Virus record (IMG/VR): IMGVR_UViG_3300033146_006832
Location: 1 to 31,480 of that record
DNA length: 31,480 nt
From: a virus
Lineage: Duplodnaviria; Caudoviricetes
Strand: one strand, 5' to 3'
Positions 8,796 through 17,294 of this stretch are shown here, in pieces (the first letter of the stretch is position 1; each line of letters opens with the position of its first letter). The notes beneath the pieces were generated by a model that did not search any database, had not been told where the DNA came from, and saw only the letters and a program-made list of their open reading frames with translations. Position numbers and translations under genes: made by a program.

Positions 8796-11207
8796 TTACA
8801 TATTGTCCATCAATTTGTTTCCAAAATTGTGATTGTCAGAAGTGCTTATGTTTCCACCACCAGAAGGTTTAGGTGCTGCTGGAGCTGGCGCAGCGGCTGG
8901 AGCTGGAATAACAACAGCTTGATTTCCATTTTCTTTTTGATTTTTAGCTCTTTCCGCTTCTTTACCAGCTTCAGAATAAGCATAGTTGCCACCATGTTCT
9001 TTCGCATTTTTAAGGAACGTATCTCTTTTATTGGACAAAGTTTGTTTATCTTCATCCCTAATGGATCTTCTAATTTTACTCATAGCATGTAAACGATCTT
9101 TTTTAGAAGCGCCTTTCATTCCATCAGTATCTTTAATTTCATTCCATTGTTCATCGAACCGAGATTTTCTGGATTTATATAAATCTTTTTTATCTTTGTC
9201 TCCGTATTGTCTGTCATATGCCCAAACAGATTTTTCACCTGTGGTTGGATCGATTCCACCGTTATCGAGAGTTGGAGCGTATTTTTCATGAGAACGAACC
9301 GTAACATGCTCTTTTCCACCAGTGACTGTTTCGGTCACTTTTTTTGATGATGTTGAAGTGGTTTTCGAATTTTTATTTTTGGCGGAATTCTTTTTCGCAA
9401 AGTCATCAAAAATACTATCATCACCAAAATTATCAAAATCATCTTTCTCGTAATTGTCTTCCTTATATTTTTTCTTTAATTCGTCACGTTTTTTTCTTCT
9501 TTTGTCATCTTCATCAATTTCCGCGTCGGTTGCGGTCATCCACCAATCTTCATCATCCTTATGTTGATCTTTGAATTCATCTGGAATAACAAGTTCTTCT
9601 GGAATATCAAGTTCTTTATCGATTCTATCCAAAAGAGATTGTTTTTTAGTGGCTCTTTTTGGTGGTTTTGCTGCCGTAGCTTTTTTGGCTTTTACTGGCT
9701 CAGTTTTTACTGGCTCAGTTTTTACTGGCTCAGTTTTTACTGGCTCAGTTTTTACTGGCTCAGTTTTTACTGGCTCAGGTGCCGCTAAAGGAACTTCCGC
9801 TTTTTTCGCGTCTTCTTTGATTTTCTTTCTGCGTTCGTAATCTTCGGTTCCTTCACCATCATAGCCACTTTCTTTTCTGAGTTTATAAACTCTCTCAAAT
9901 TCTTTTTGTTTTGAGGCTTCCTTAGCGTCCTTTTCTTCTGGAGTCTGAATATCTTTTCTACCAGCTTTCAGTAATCCCAGTTCTTTTTGAAGTGTTTCAA
10001 TTTTTTCTGTTTCAGCAGAACTTTTTAATAAACCCGCTTCTTCTTTAACTCTTTTTAATTCAGCTTCTTTAGCTTCAAGAGTTTGATCCATTGCGGTTTG
10101 TTTTTCTTCGACCGAAGCATCTGAATTTAATACCGCATCGATTGTTTTTTGGGCATCTTTATGGGCAGTATCATCAATTCTGTTGTCTCGTTCTTCGGTC
10201 ATTCCTTTTTGCCAAGATTCCAGAAAATCTACGCCACCGAAAAAGGCAGCTATACCAGCAACAGCAAGGGCGAGTGGACCAGCCACTCCCAATAATGTTA
10301 TTAGAGGACCAGTTGACAACATAGTTTTCAAAGCGTTCATGCCCATCAACATATCAGCAGCGTTATCCAACGTGCCACCTTCTTTGTCTTCTTTATCTGC
10401 TTTTTTATTATCTTTTTGTACTTTTGCTAATGCGCCGGGCTTTGTTTCCGTTTTCTTTACATCATCATTTTCTAATTTTTTATCTTCAAGTTGTTCTTCG
10501 GCATTCTCTAAAATATTACCTTCAATTTCGTTTAGGTCAATGAGATTATCATTAAATTCTTCGAATTGGCCCGAGGTTGGCATCATACCAAAACCCTTCA
10601 ACAGAATATCATTTCTGGTTTGAGCTAATGCTTTTAAATCTCCACCATCACCATCTCCCCCGCCGCTTTGTTGTTTCGTTTCTGTTTCTTCGGTATCGTT
10701 ATCATCACTGGAATTTAATTTGGATTGATCTTCTTGGTATACATTTTCACGGGCAGCGTCAATTCTAGAACTTCTTTGTCCTAAGGCGTTCGCACCTAAG
10801 TTGAATAGTGGATTTTCTGTGGCAGCACCTGCAACATGCATGGCACCTTGCAGACCTTTGCCTAACATATTTGCCAATCCACGACCGCTGAAAATTTTAT
10901 CACCTTCTGTTAATCCTAAACCCTGTTTGACAGCACCCTTGCCGCCTTCCATGACGGCTTTTTTCTTGACTTGAGTTTTTGATAATACTTTGCCCTCGGC
11001 AATAGCATCTTTCAAAATTTGACGTTCTACAGTTAGAATCTTTTCTTTCGCTTTAAAAATTCCTTCATTAATTGCTCTGGCTTCTCTTAGACCTTTGCGG
11101 GCAGAGGACGCCAAGAGTTCTTCACGCTTAATCATTAAATCTAAAGCTTCTTGATGTTTTTCGTCAATTTTATTTTGGGTATTGTTTTTAGTCTCAGTCA
11201 TCACCAT
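8796..11207 (-). CDS. putative tape measure protein (gp29-like position), 803 aa
   Basis: Helical, highly charged, with one hydrophobic segment (LITLLGVAGPLALAVAGIAAFFGG) and low-complexity linkers; sits between gp26/gp51 and gp48. Assigned mainly by synteny. Confidence 0.65.
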   Translation of the reverse strand: MVMTETKNNTQNKIDEKHQEALDLMIKREELLASSARKGLREARAINEGIFKAKEKILTVERQILKDAIAEGKVLSKTQVKKKAVMEGGKGAVKQGLGLTEGDKIFSGRGLANMLGKGLQGAMHVAGAATENPLFNLGANALGQRSSRIDAARENVYQEDQSKLNSSDDNDTEETETKQQSGGGDGDGGDLKALAQTRNDILLKGFGMMPTSGQFEEFNDNLIDLNEIEGNILENAEEQLEDKKLENDDVKKTETKPGALAKVQKDNKKADKEDKEGGTLDNAADMLMGMNALKTMLSTGPLITLLGVAGPLALAVAGIAAFFGGVDFLESWQKGMTEERDNRIDDTAHKDAQKTIDAVLNSDASVEEKQTAMDQTLEAKEAELKRVKEEAGLLKSSAETEKIETLQKELGLLKAGRKDIQTPEEKDAKEASKQKEFERVYKLRKESGYDGEGTEDYERRKKIKEDAKKAEVPLAAPEPVKTEPVKTEPVKTEPVKTEPVKTEPVKAKKATAAKPPKRATKKQSLLDRIDKELDIPEELVIPDEFKDQHKDDEDWWMTATDAEIDEDDKRRKKRDELKKKYKEDNYEKDDFDNFGDDSIFDDFAKKNSAKNKNSKTTSTSSKKVTETVTGGKEHVTVRSHEKYAPTLDNGGIDPTTGEKSVWAYDRQYGDKDKKDLYKSRKSRFDEQWNEIKDTDGMKGASKKDRLHAMSKIRRSIRDEDKQTLSNKRDTFLKNAKEHGGNYAYSEAGKEAERAKNQKENGNQAVVIPAPAAAPAPAAPKPSGGGNISTSDNHNFGNKLMDNM
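9691..9780. repeat. 15-bp tandem repeat x6 (TTTACTGGCTCAGTT) encoding (T)EPVK
   Basis: Units start at 9691, 9706, 9721, 9736, 9751 and 9766; the first five are identical and the last has one change. Confidence 0.97.
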
Positions 11208-11370
11208 TCAACTTTTTTCTATGGGCTATTAACAGATAGTAATTAATATCAAACTCAAAAGGGTACATATTTTCAACTTCTTCGGTACTATAATTGCCAT
11301 ATTGTTTCATGTAAAATTTCGCATTAAACAAAGATTCAACCGTTGTGTCTAATGCGATTAGACGAAAAAA
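11194..11370 (-). CDS. gp51: gp51-like baseplate/tail assembly frame, probably reached by -1 frameshift from gp26
   Basis: Not in the ORF track. Open frame FFRLIALDTTVESLFNAKFYMKQYGNYSTEEVENMYPFEFDINYYLLIAHRKKLNGDD*; YSxxExENMxPxExxIxxxLL is the gp51 motif. First in-frame ATG is at 11310 with no SD. Confidence 0.8.
   Translation of the reverse strand, partial: FFRLIALDTTVESLFNAKFYMKQYGNYSTEEVENMYPFEFDINYYLLIAHRKKLNGDD
11319..11370 (-). promoter_or_regulatory. putative -1 programmed ribosomal frameshift signal
   Basis: In-frame slippery heptamer T TTT TTC (11370-11364), 6-nt spacer GTCTAA, then stem TCGCATTAGACA (11357-11346) / TGTTTAATGCGA (11330-11319) with 12 bp including one G-U. Confidence 0.75.
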
Positions 11371-12053
11371 TCAATTATATCATCCACATAAACTTTGATT
11401 TCCTTTTTACATTTTTTACATTTGAAAGTTTTATCGATTGCAACAGTGCTTGTTTTCAGAATAACATTTTCGACCAATTCTTTGAATTCCAAGTTTTCTA
11501 ATTCTTCACCTAAATATTTTTCTATATCTTCAGTGGAAAGATTTGGAAAGATTTCGTCACCAACAGCAATGGACTTTATAGAATGAACAATAAACTGAAA
11601 TCTTTTTTCTTCATTAGTTTTCAGTTGAGATAGTTTGAAAACTTCAGCTTTTGAAAGTTCTTTAACTTCGAATGTTAAATCCGCAATCTCAATAGGTTCA
11701 GCGTCAAACGGAACAAATCTGGCATCTTCGGATAGATCGATAATCAATTCAGAGTTGATCTCCCCACAATCCGGGCAGGTGAAACCAAGTTCATGCTCGG
11801 CACCCTTGCTGGTACATCTAATTTCAATGGCCAATCTTAGATAATCCACATCCGATAATTTATTAAGGTCAACATCCTGAACACATTTCGAAATAAGTTC
11901 TTCAATATGCGCTCCAATTTCCGCACGTTCAATTCCTTCAATCGCATACATAAACTCTTGTTCGTTCTTGACAAGCCAAGGTGTGTACTTGATAACTTGA
12001 CCATCTTGACATTTGAATTCATGTTGGTGTCTCTTAATTCGTTTTGGTAACAT
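11358..12053 (-). CDS. gp26: baseplate hub assembly protein, T4 gp26-like
   Basis: IKYTPWLVKNEQ, DYLRLAIEIRCTSKG, two CxxC pairs (CPDC, CKKC), ends IIDFFV; SD AAGGAG. Confidence 0.88.
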   Translation of the reverse strand: MLPKRIKRHQHEFKCQDGQVIKYTPWLVKNEQEFMYAIEGIERAEIGAHIEELISKCVQDVDLNKLSDVDYLRLAIEIRCTSKGAEHELGFTCPDCGEINSELIIDLSEDARFVPFDAEPIEIADLTFEVKELSKAEVFKLSQLKTNEEKRFQFIVHSIKSIAVGDEIFPNLSTEDIEKYLGEELENLEFKELVENVILKTSTVAIDKTFKCKKCKKEIKVYVDDIIDFFV

Positions 12054-12063
12054 TTTGTGCTCC

Positions 12064-12639
12064 TTATTCTATTCGGTTTGTTATCGAATCATCATCTTTA
12101 GGACCTTTTAGAACGTGAGTTCTGAATTTGAAACTCACGGCTGTTTTGGTCACTTCATTGCCAGATTTATTATAATTTATATCACTAATCTGAAAGGGAA
12201 ATACATCAACAAAAATATCTTTAAATTCAATTTTACCTGTTGGATTAGTTGAGGCCACAGAAATATGATCGGACTGATAGTTGGACGGATAATCTCTGGT
12301 CTTGTTAAATGGATCATAGATCAATCTCATCCAATTTTCAAAGAATCTTCTACAGCTTAAACTCGCATCTTCCAAGAATGTAATGGATAAATCTTGATCG
12401 GATCGTTCACCGGCAACATACATCAATCTTCCGTTGATATTTGAACCATTCACTCCAAGAGAGATACCCGGACAACTAACTTCCATAGCATTCCACGTTA
12501 ATTCTATAGTAGCTAATTCACTTGGAAAATCCAATTTCGGTTTATTTACAGTAACAATAAAGTTCTGTTGGTACTGTAAACCCTTTTTAACATTACTATT
12601 TACAATAAATTTTAGAGGATCGTTGAAATCACTTGGCAT
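12064..12639 (-). CDS. tail-tube-fold protein, most like the gp54 tube initiator
   Basis: EVSCPGISL, LSITFLEDASLSCRRFFENWMRLIYDP, YPSNY, DVFPFQISDINY, VSFKFR. Confidence 0.8.
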   Translation of the reverse strand: MPSDFNDPLKFIVNSNVKKGLQYQQNFIVTVNKPKLDFPSELATIELTWNAMEVSCPGISLGVNGSNINGRLMYVAGERSDQDLSITFLEDASLSCRRFFENWMRLIYDPFNKTRDYPSNYQSDHISVASTNPTGKIEFKDIFVDVFPFQISDINYNKSGNEVTKTAVSFKFRTHVLKGPKDDDSITNRIE

Positions 12640-13328
12640 TATAATAATCCTCCCACAAAACCTTTTGCTTTATCTAACAGAGATTTACCTGCTTCTTCAT
12701 CACGGATCATTTCTTTCTCCGCATTTTTATTTTGTATTGTGGTATAATTAAAAGTTACTGTGAATTCTGAAAAACCTTCTTCCTCAGATAAACCTATTTC
12801 ACCGATTGTTATAGGATAAGCGTTAATGATGGAAATCATATACGAATTTTCCATGTTTAGATCACTTTTCAACTGATAGATATCGATATTTGTTAATAAA
12901 TTCTCTTTGTGATTGACCATTCCTGTGCCATCACCTGAAAACATATCCAGAATATCGTTCATCCAACGGGCAAAATAATTATAAATTATTCTATCATGAT
13001 CGATAATGAAGGTGATATCAAACTCACCTAAATTGGCGGTTCCGACTGTTGGCATCTTGTAACCTTTCCAGATCAACTCTGGAGCGTTCATGCCAATGGA
13101 TGGAATTTTCGTAGTCTTAACAGCGAAATCAATCATGGTATCTTGTTGAGCAACCGGCACATCAAAAAAAGATTTTAAAACTTTTGTGGCAGCTGCCTTA
13201 ATTTGATCGAATATGCTTCCACCAGCCACAGCAGCTTCTGGTGGTGTCGGAATTCTACCGAAACGTACCATAAATAAGTTCCCGCGAGCATAATCTCTAA
13301 ATTGTCCTTTTAGTACATCAATGTTCAT
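12639..13328 (-). CDS. tail tube protein paralog (gp19-like); likely start ATG 13328 (TAATG overlap, 229 aa)
   Basis: DYARGNLFMVRF, VKTTKIPS, FDITFIID, YFARWMN, NAYPITIGEIGLS, EFTVTFNY. Confidence 0.82.
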   Translation of the reverse strand: MNIDVLKGQFRDYARGNLFMVRFGRIPTPPEAAVAGGSIFDQIKAAATKVLKSFFDVPVAQQDTMIDFAVKTTKIPSIGMNAPELIWKGYKMPTVGTANLGEFDITFIIDHDRIIYNYFARWMNDILDMFSGDGTGMVNHKENLLTNIDIYQLKSDLNMENSYMISIINAYPITIGEIGLSEEEGFSEFTVTFNYTTIQNKNAEKEMIRDEEAGKSLLDKAKGFVGGLL

Positions 13329-13912
13329 TAGAAGATCCTTGTCCACGTATTAAAAGCGAATGTTACTGAAAATTCCGAAGCCACATCATTACTTTCCATG
13401 CTCAATTCCGAAGCTTCGATAGATTTTGGCCAAACATCATTGTATTTGTATATCGCTATTGGATAACCTTTTTGACCTAGATGTTCCACTAGGATAGTGG
13501 AACCTGCTGAATATTTATTTGCTAATTGTCTAAAATTAGAACTTTGTTGGACAATATTTTCATGCCAGGAATCCATCAAACTTCTAACTGAATATGCCGT
13601 TTCGTTTATAAAAGTAACAGATAAGTCATTATAGGTAGCATCCCCAGCAACCTTTCTTGTTATTCCCAAACGTTTGTGTTCAAGAGTGCCTAGTGTTCTT
13701 TCAGGCAAAGAGATTGCTTTCACAACATAGAATAATGACAGAGGATTTCCCATCAAAAATTTGGCGCTTTGAATACTACTTGATAGATTGTTTAGTAATC
13801 CACCGGAACCTGTAGATTCAAAAACTGAGGGATTCGGTATAATTTGCACGGCGAATCTGTTTGGACGGGCCACGTCCTTAACATTGGATTTATAGTCATC
13901 TATTTTGATCAT
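13328..13912 (-). CDS. tail tube protein paralog (gp19-like); likely start ATG 13912 (194 aa)
   Basis: DVARPNRFAVQI, VKAISLPERTLG, KVAGDATYNDLSVTFINE, DVWPKSIEASELS, EFSVTFAFN. SD AAGGTG 9 nt before ATG 13912. Confidence 0.85.
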   Translation of the reverse strand: MIKIDDYKSNVKDVARPNRFAVQIIPNPSVFESTGSGGLLNNLSSSIQSAKFLMGNPLSLFYVVKAISLPERTLGTLEHKRLGITRKVAGDATYNDLSVTFINETAYSVRSLMDSWHENIVQQSSNFRQLANKYSAGSTILVEHLGQKGYPIAIYKYNDVWPKSIEASELSMESNDVASEFSVTFAFNTWTRIF

Positions 13913-13966
13913 AAAAAAAGGCACCTTTTAAAATTGTTATAAGTATTTATAACGTTAAAAGGTGCC
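13913..13966 (-). terminator. long hairpin plus T7 tract; probable terminator and RBS-occluding structure
   Basis: Perfect 12-bp arms GGCACCTTTTAA (13920-13931) / TTAAAAGGTGCC (13955-13966), inner 7-bp arms GTTATAA (13936-13942) / TTATAAC (13947-13953), followed on the minus strand by TTTTTTT (13919-13913). Confidence 0.85.
13944..13951 (-). promoter_or_regulatory. T4-type late promoter TATAAATA for the tube/hub/spike operon
   Basis: Exact TATAAATA about 30 nt upstream of ATG 13912, at the hairpin apex. Confidence 0.8.
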
Positions 13967-13988
13967 CGAGTTTTTATTAAATTTTATT

Positions 13989-14534
13989 TTATGTACAGAT
14001 TACTCTACCTGTTGTACTCTCTGAAAAAGAGATCGACATAGAATCTTGAGATAAGTGATTTACTTCAGCTTCAGCATTAGCGGTCTTTGTGAAAACTGTT
14101 CCGTTCCATATACCAATTTCGATTGCGGTATTTGGAATTCTATTCAGATTATGATTCACTAACCAAGTGTTTGAAGGCGTTTGTTGCTCATGAACGAATC
14201 CAGAGATTGAAGCGGCCTGATCATACAACCGTTCCAGCGTTTCTCTTGTTACTCGAACTTGAAATTTAGTGCCTATTGGAAAGGAACGAACAACGCTTCC
14301 CTCTTGCCCGCGGACTACAGTGAGTTGATTTCCAACTCTATGGGTAACCTTAACGATTTCCCATTCCTTCGTCTGAACATTTTCAAGCGTTCCAACGTAG
14401 AATTCGGAGCCTGCCAATGGAATCGGAAACTTATCTTTATCGGTATCGATTATAAAAATGGAAGTGCTTGTTCCATCTAGTGCCTGATTCAGATACGTTG
14501 CCGCATTGTTTTCATAAAGTTGCTTTAAAGCCAT
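13989..14534 (-). CDS. putative virion structural/adaptor protein, 181 aa
   Basis: N-terminal NNAATYL...FP...EIVKVTHRVGNQLTVVRGQEGS domain of the kind found at tail protein N-termini, then FVHEQQTPSNTWLVNHNLNRIP beta domain. Confidence 0.6.
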   Translation of the reverse strand: MALKQLYENNAATYLNQALDGTSTSIFIIDTDKDKFPIPLAGSEFYVGTLENVQTKEWEIVKVTHRVGNQLTVVRGQEGSVVRSFPIGTKFQVRVTRETLERLYDQAASISGFVHEQQTPSNTWLVNHNLNRIPNTAIEIGIWNGTVFTKTANAEAEVNHLSQDSMSISFSESTTGRVICT

Positions 14535-14537
14535 CAG

Positions 14538-14897
14538 TTATTCCTCAAAAATTGCTTCCAGTTTGAGCATGTCTTGTGTGGTAATTTCAGCATTTTCAAA
14601 ATCATCAATTTTGAATGCCTTGAATTCCAATTCAACAGTCTCATTCATCAATTCCACAAATTCTTTTTGGAACTGAGTCATGGACTCTTTGGGAATTTCA
14701 ATGTTTTCGGTTTTCTCATTCAAAACACCCAGTTTTTTGACCAGTTTGATCCGTTCTTCTTCAATTACTGCCAGGTTTTCATCCATCAATCTTACTAGCT
14801 TATTCAGCTTGAAAGCAAGTTTAAGTGGAAGTTGTTGCTCAGTTAATCTTCCCAGCGGTTCTTTCATTTCTTGAATTTGTCCTAATTTGAACTCCAT
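14538..14897 (-). CDS. DUF1617-like helical phage protein (possible chaperone), 119 aa
   Basis: LxxLxxxxLPLKLAFKLNKLVRLMDENLAVIEEERIKLVKK...FQKEFVELMNETVELEF pattern; strong SD AAGGAG. Confidence 0.65.
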   Translation of the reverse strand: MEFKLGQIQEMKEPLGRLTEQQLPLKLAFKLNKLVRLMDENLAVIEEERIKLVKKLGVLNEKTENIEIPKESMTQFQKEFVELMNETVELEFKAFKIDDFENAEITTQDMLKLEAIFEE

Positions 14898-14930
14898 CTT
14901 TTTTTCTCCTTAGTTAAAGTTTATTGGTTA

Positions 14931-14959
14931 ATTATACAACGTTTTACTTGGTTTGTCAA
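14931..14959 (-). promoter_or_regulatory. full-consensus sigma70 promoter inside the structural cluster
   Basis: Minus strand TTGACA (14959-14954), 17 bp, TATAAT (14936-14931), in the 63-bp gap before the 119-aa gene. Confidence 0.88.
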
Positions 14960-14960
14960 A

Positions 14961-15524
14961 TTATACTGAACGAGTGACAACCCAACCGTAAGTGTTTCCA
15001 GTCCAACAGAATTCAATTGAACCGTATTGATTGCTAAATGTGTAGTCTGAAGCTGTACCCATAATATTTTTACCGTTACGGAGAACAGTTAAGGTATTGG
15101 TCGAAAAATCACAACCAGCGTCAACAATTTTAATTCGATCAGTGCTTGTAGGCACAGCCGGTAGACTGATTGTTACTGCTCCCGCCCAACCAACAAAGAT
15201 ATTATCAACATTTTCAGCAGCCACAGTGCCCATTGGATCGCTGTTTACAATGCGCCATTCGTGATATTTCGCCGTGTTAATATCAGCTAAAGTTAAAGCC
15301 GAGATTTGGGAGTTGATGGTATCAATATCTCCGCCAGTACCGTCTAAATCATCAAGTCTTGATTCATGACCATCTAAAGTGAGTTCGACATTTCCAATAT
15401 CAACAGCATTAATATCCGCTACTGTGTGGACAGATTCAATCCCATTTTCAATTTTATTTAGATGAACCTCATCAAGTGGTGTGTTCGGATCGTTATTTGC
15501 CCAAGTTGTTTTTGTGTAAGCCAT
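14961..15524 (-). CDS. small virion fibre/adaptor protein, 187 aa
   Basis: N-terminal YTKTTWAN...TPLDEVHLNKIENGI attachment motif, a short coiled coil, and C-terminal TISLPAVPTSTDRIKIVD...FSTNTLTVLRNGKNIMG...YGW domain recurrent in T4-like baseplate/fibre proteins. Confidence 0.65.
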   Translation of the reverse strand: MAYTKTTWANNDPNTPLDEVHLNKIENGIESVHTVADINAVDIGNVELTLDGHESRLDDLDGTGGDIDTINSQISALTLADINTAKYHEWRIVNSDPMGTVAAENVDNIFVGWAGAVTISLPAVPTSTDRIKIVDAGCDFSTNTLTVLRNGKNIMGTASDYTFSNQYGSIEFCWTGNTYGWVVTRSV

Positions 15525-15536
15525 AATTTATTCCTA

Positions 15537-17294
15537 TTAATTATGTGGTAATAGACCCACTGAAGGTCTAAGATCAATTTCTGGTGTTAATGGTGGCACA
15601 ATATTGTCCAATTTCGTGAATTCACGAATTCGCATTCTGGAACTACAGTCATTTGAATTTGAAGTTATTCTCAGATATATATTATTTATATCATGCTCTA
15701 AGTTGAATGTGAAAGCATTTGTCATTGCGGAACTAACTTCACCAAATTCTAACATTGAAGGATAGTTTCCATCAAATAAGATGTTCAAATCTTCCATCAT
15801 AACACCACGACCAGAGTGATCTTCTAATGTAAAACTGATTTTTGCTGCTCGAAAAGAAGCTTTATCAAAAGTTTTCAAAATTATTCCAGGTCGAGCATCT
15901 AAGTGATTGACAGTTTCAAGATATTCAGAATCTTTAACTTTTTGATATTGTACATCCGTTAAGTGATTTGTTTGTGGTGGATTTAATAAAGCACCATCAC
16001 CCTGAACCCCAGACATTGAACTGTGGCTAATGTCAATTGAAGATTCTCGTTCGGATGTTTTGTGCCACGTGGTATCATCTTCATACCAAAGATATTCAGC
16101 CCAACCACTATCAACATTCGGATCACCTGTAGCATCAACCACATGAACCCTTAAACCATTAAATTGATCATTGATTGCCAACAGAGCATTGTAATCATCA
16201 ACAATTCGAATATCTTTGAAGCTAGGTAGATAGGTATCATCAATAACACCAAAGTGATTCAATGGAGCAAAACCAATATCATTCTGTCCTGCCATGTTCA
16301 ACCAATCATAGAAGGCTGGCGACATAATTTCAGAATCGATCAGCAACGTACCTGTGATATGGTTTAGATATAAAAATTCCAGAGTGAAATCACTACCATT
16401 AATAGCGGAAGTTACTGTAATGGTACTTGCGGTATGTTCAACAATAATTGAACTGTTAGTGGCCAATTCAATCGCTATGTCATTGATCATGGTTGACAAA
16501 ACTGGATTGGCAGGCGCAGTGAAATATTCAGTGGCGTTCTGGTTAAAGTTATACGCGATTTGCTCATTTTCTACAATGTTGCCGGTGAATTCGAAATGAT
16601 ATTTTTTGAAATCACGAATTACGGCGCCCTCGGGCATCAAACTTTTATTGATTCTTCCTGAGCCATTTAGACCTGCGTAACCATCAATTTGATTTTTGTG
16701 GGCAACAACTTCGACACCTGAGAGACCGCCCGAAAGAGCATCCCAACCATCTTTATCATCCTGAGAAACGAATAATACATTCTCATCCGAACTGAATCCT
16801 GTTTGATTTATAATCGTTGGATCAAGATGACCGTTCATGTCCAGAGTCGAAATACCGTTTGGAATATCGAACAGTTCACCCATTGTTTTGAAAGTTCCGG
16901 GTGGACCCTCAATAACCATACCATCCAACAGCACGGCCAAGTTCAGTTTCGCATTGGCATCCAAGCCGGCATAACCATTCGCTGTTCCTTTATTGGTCGT
17001 CAATTCGTAATTTGCTGAATCTGAAACAATTTGGTCCCAATTGACAATATCTTGTTCAGTCACCCATTGGTGTGTAGCGTCTTCCACTACATCATTTGGA
17101 TCCAAAGGTTCGCCTTTATAAGCAAACAGTTTGGTTTCCGTACCATCCCAATAAGCAGGAGCCGAATGATTTGTAGCCCAAAAAATTCTGGCTGCTGTTC
17201 CAGTTATTATTGTGGTGGAATCAACATGTTCCAAAATTGCTTGGAGTAGTTGATTCAATCGTAAATCTATATTTGTATAAAAATGCTTACTCAT
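15537..17294 (-). CDS. virion structural/fibre-like protein (about 585 aa; likely start ATG 17294)
   Basis: FYTNIDLRLNQL N-terminus, repeated NKGxANGYAGLDANAKL-type motifs, VVDATGDPNVDSGWAEY motif, beta-rich C-terminal domain. Confidence 0.6.
   Translation of the reverse strand: MSKHFYTNIDLRLNQLLQAILEHVDSTTIITGTAARIFWATNHSAPAYWDGTETKLFAYKGEPLDPNDVVEDATHQWVTEQDIVNWDQIVSDSANYELTTNKGTANGYAGLDANAKLNLAVLLDGMVIEGPPGTFKTMGELFDIPNGISTLDMNGHLDPTIINQTGFSSDENVLFVSQDDKDGWDALSGGLSGVEVVAHKNQIDGYAGLNGSGRINKSLMPEGAVIRDFKKYHFEFTGNIVENEQIAYNFNQNATEYFTAPANPVLSTMINDIAIELATNSSIIVEHTASTITVTSAINGSDFTLEFLYLNHITGTLLIDSEIMSPAFYDWLNMAGQNDIGFAPLNHFGVIDDTYLPSFKDIRIVDDYNALLAINDQFNGLRVHVVDATGDPNVDSGWAEYLWYEDDTTWHKTSERESSIDISHSSMSGVQGDGALLNPPQTNHLTDVQYQKVKDSEYLETVNHLDARPGIILKTFDKASFRAAKISFTLEDHSGRGVMMEDLNILFDGNYPSMLEFGEVSSAMTNAFTFNLEHDINNIYLRITSNSNDCSSRMRIREFTKLDNIVPPLTPEIDLRPSVGLLPHN

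Noticed and set aside
9691-9780. Short direct repeats as a mini CRISPR array
   Set aside because: No spacers; a head-to-tail 15-mer in frame within a coding gene.
5324-13912. Bacterial contractile injection system or tailocin (multiple tubes, LysM-like, hub, spike)
   Set aside because: TATAAATA late promoters, gp26/gp51/gp48/gp53/gp7/gp8-like genes and many fibres point to a T4-like phage.
13913-13924. Track starts at 13924, 13346, 5962 and 17300 (GTG/TTG)
   Set aside because: Downstream ATGs (13912, 13328, 5932, 17294) have a better SD or stop-start overlap.
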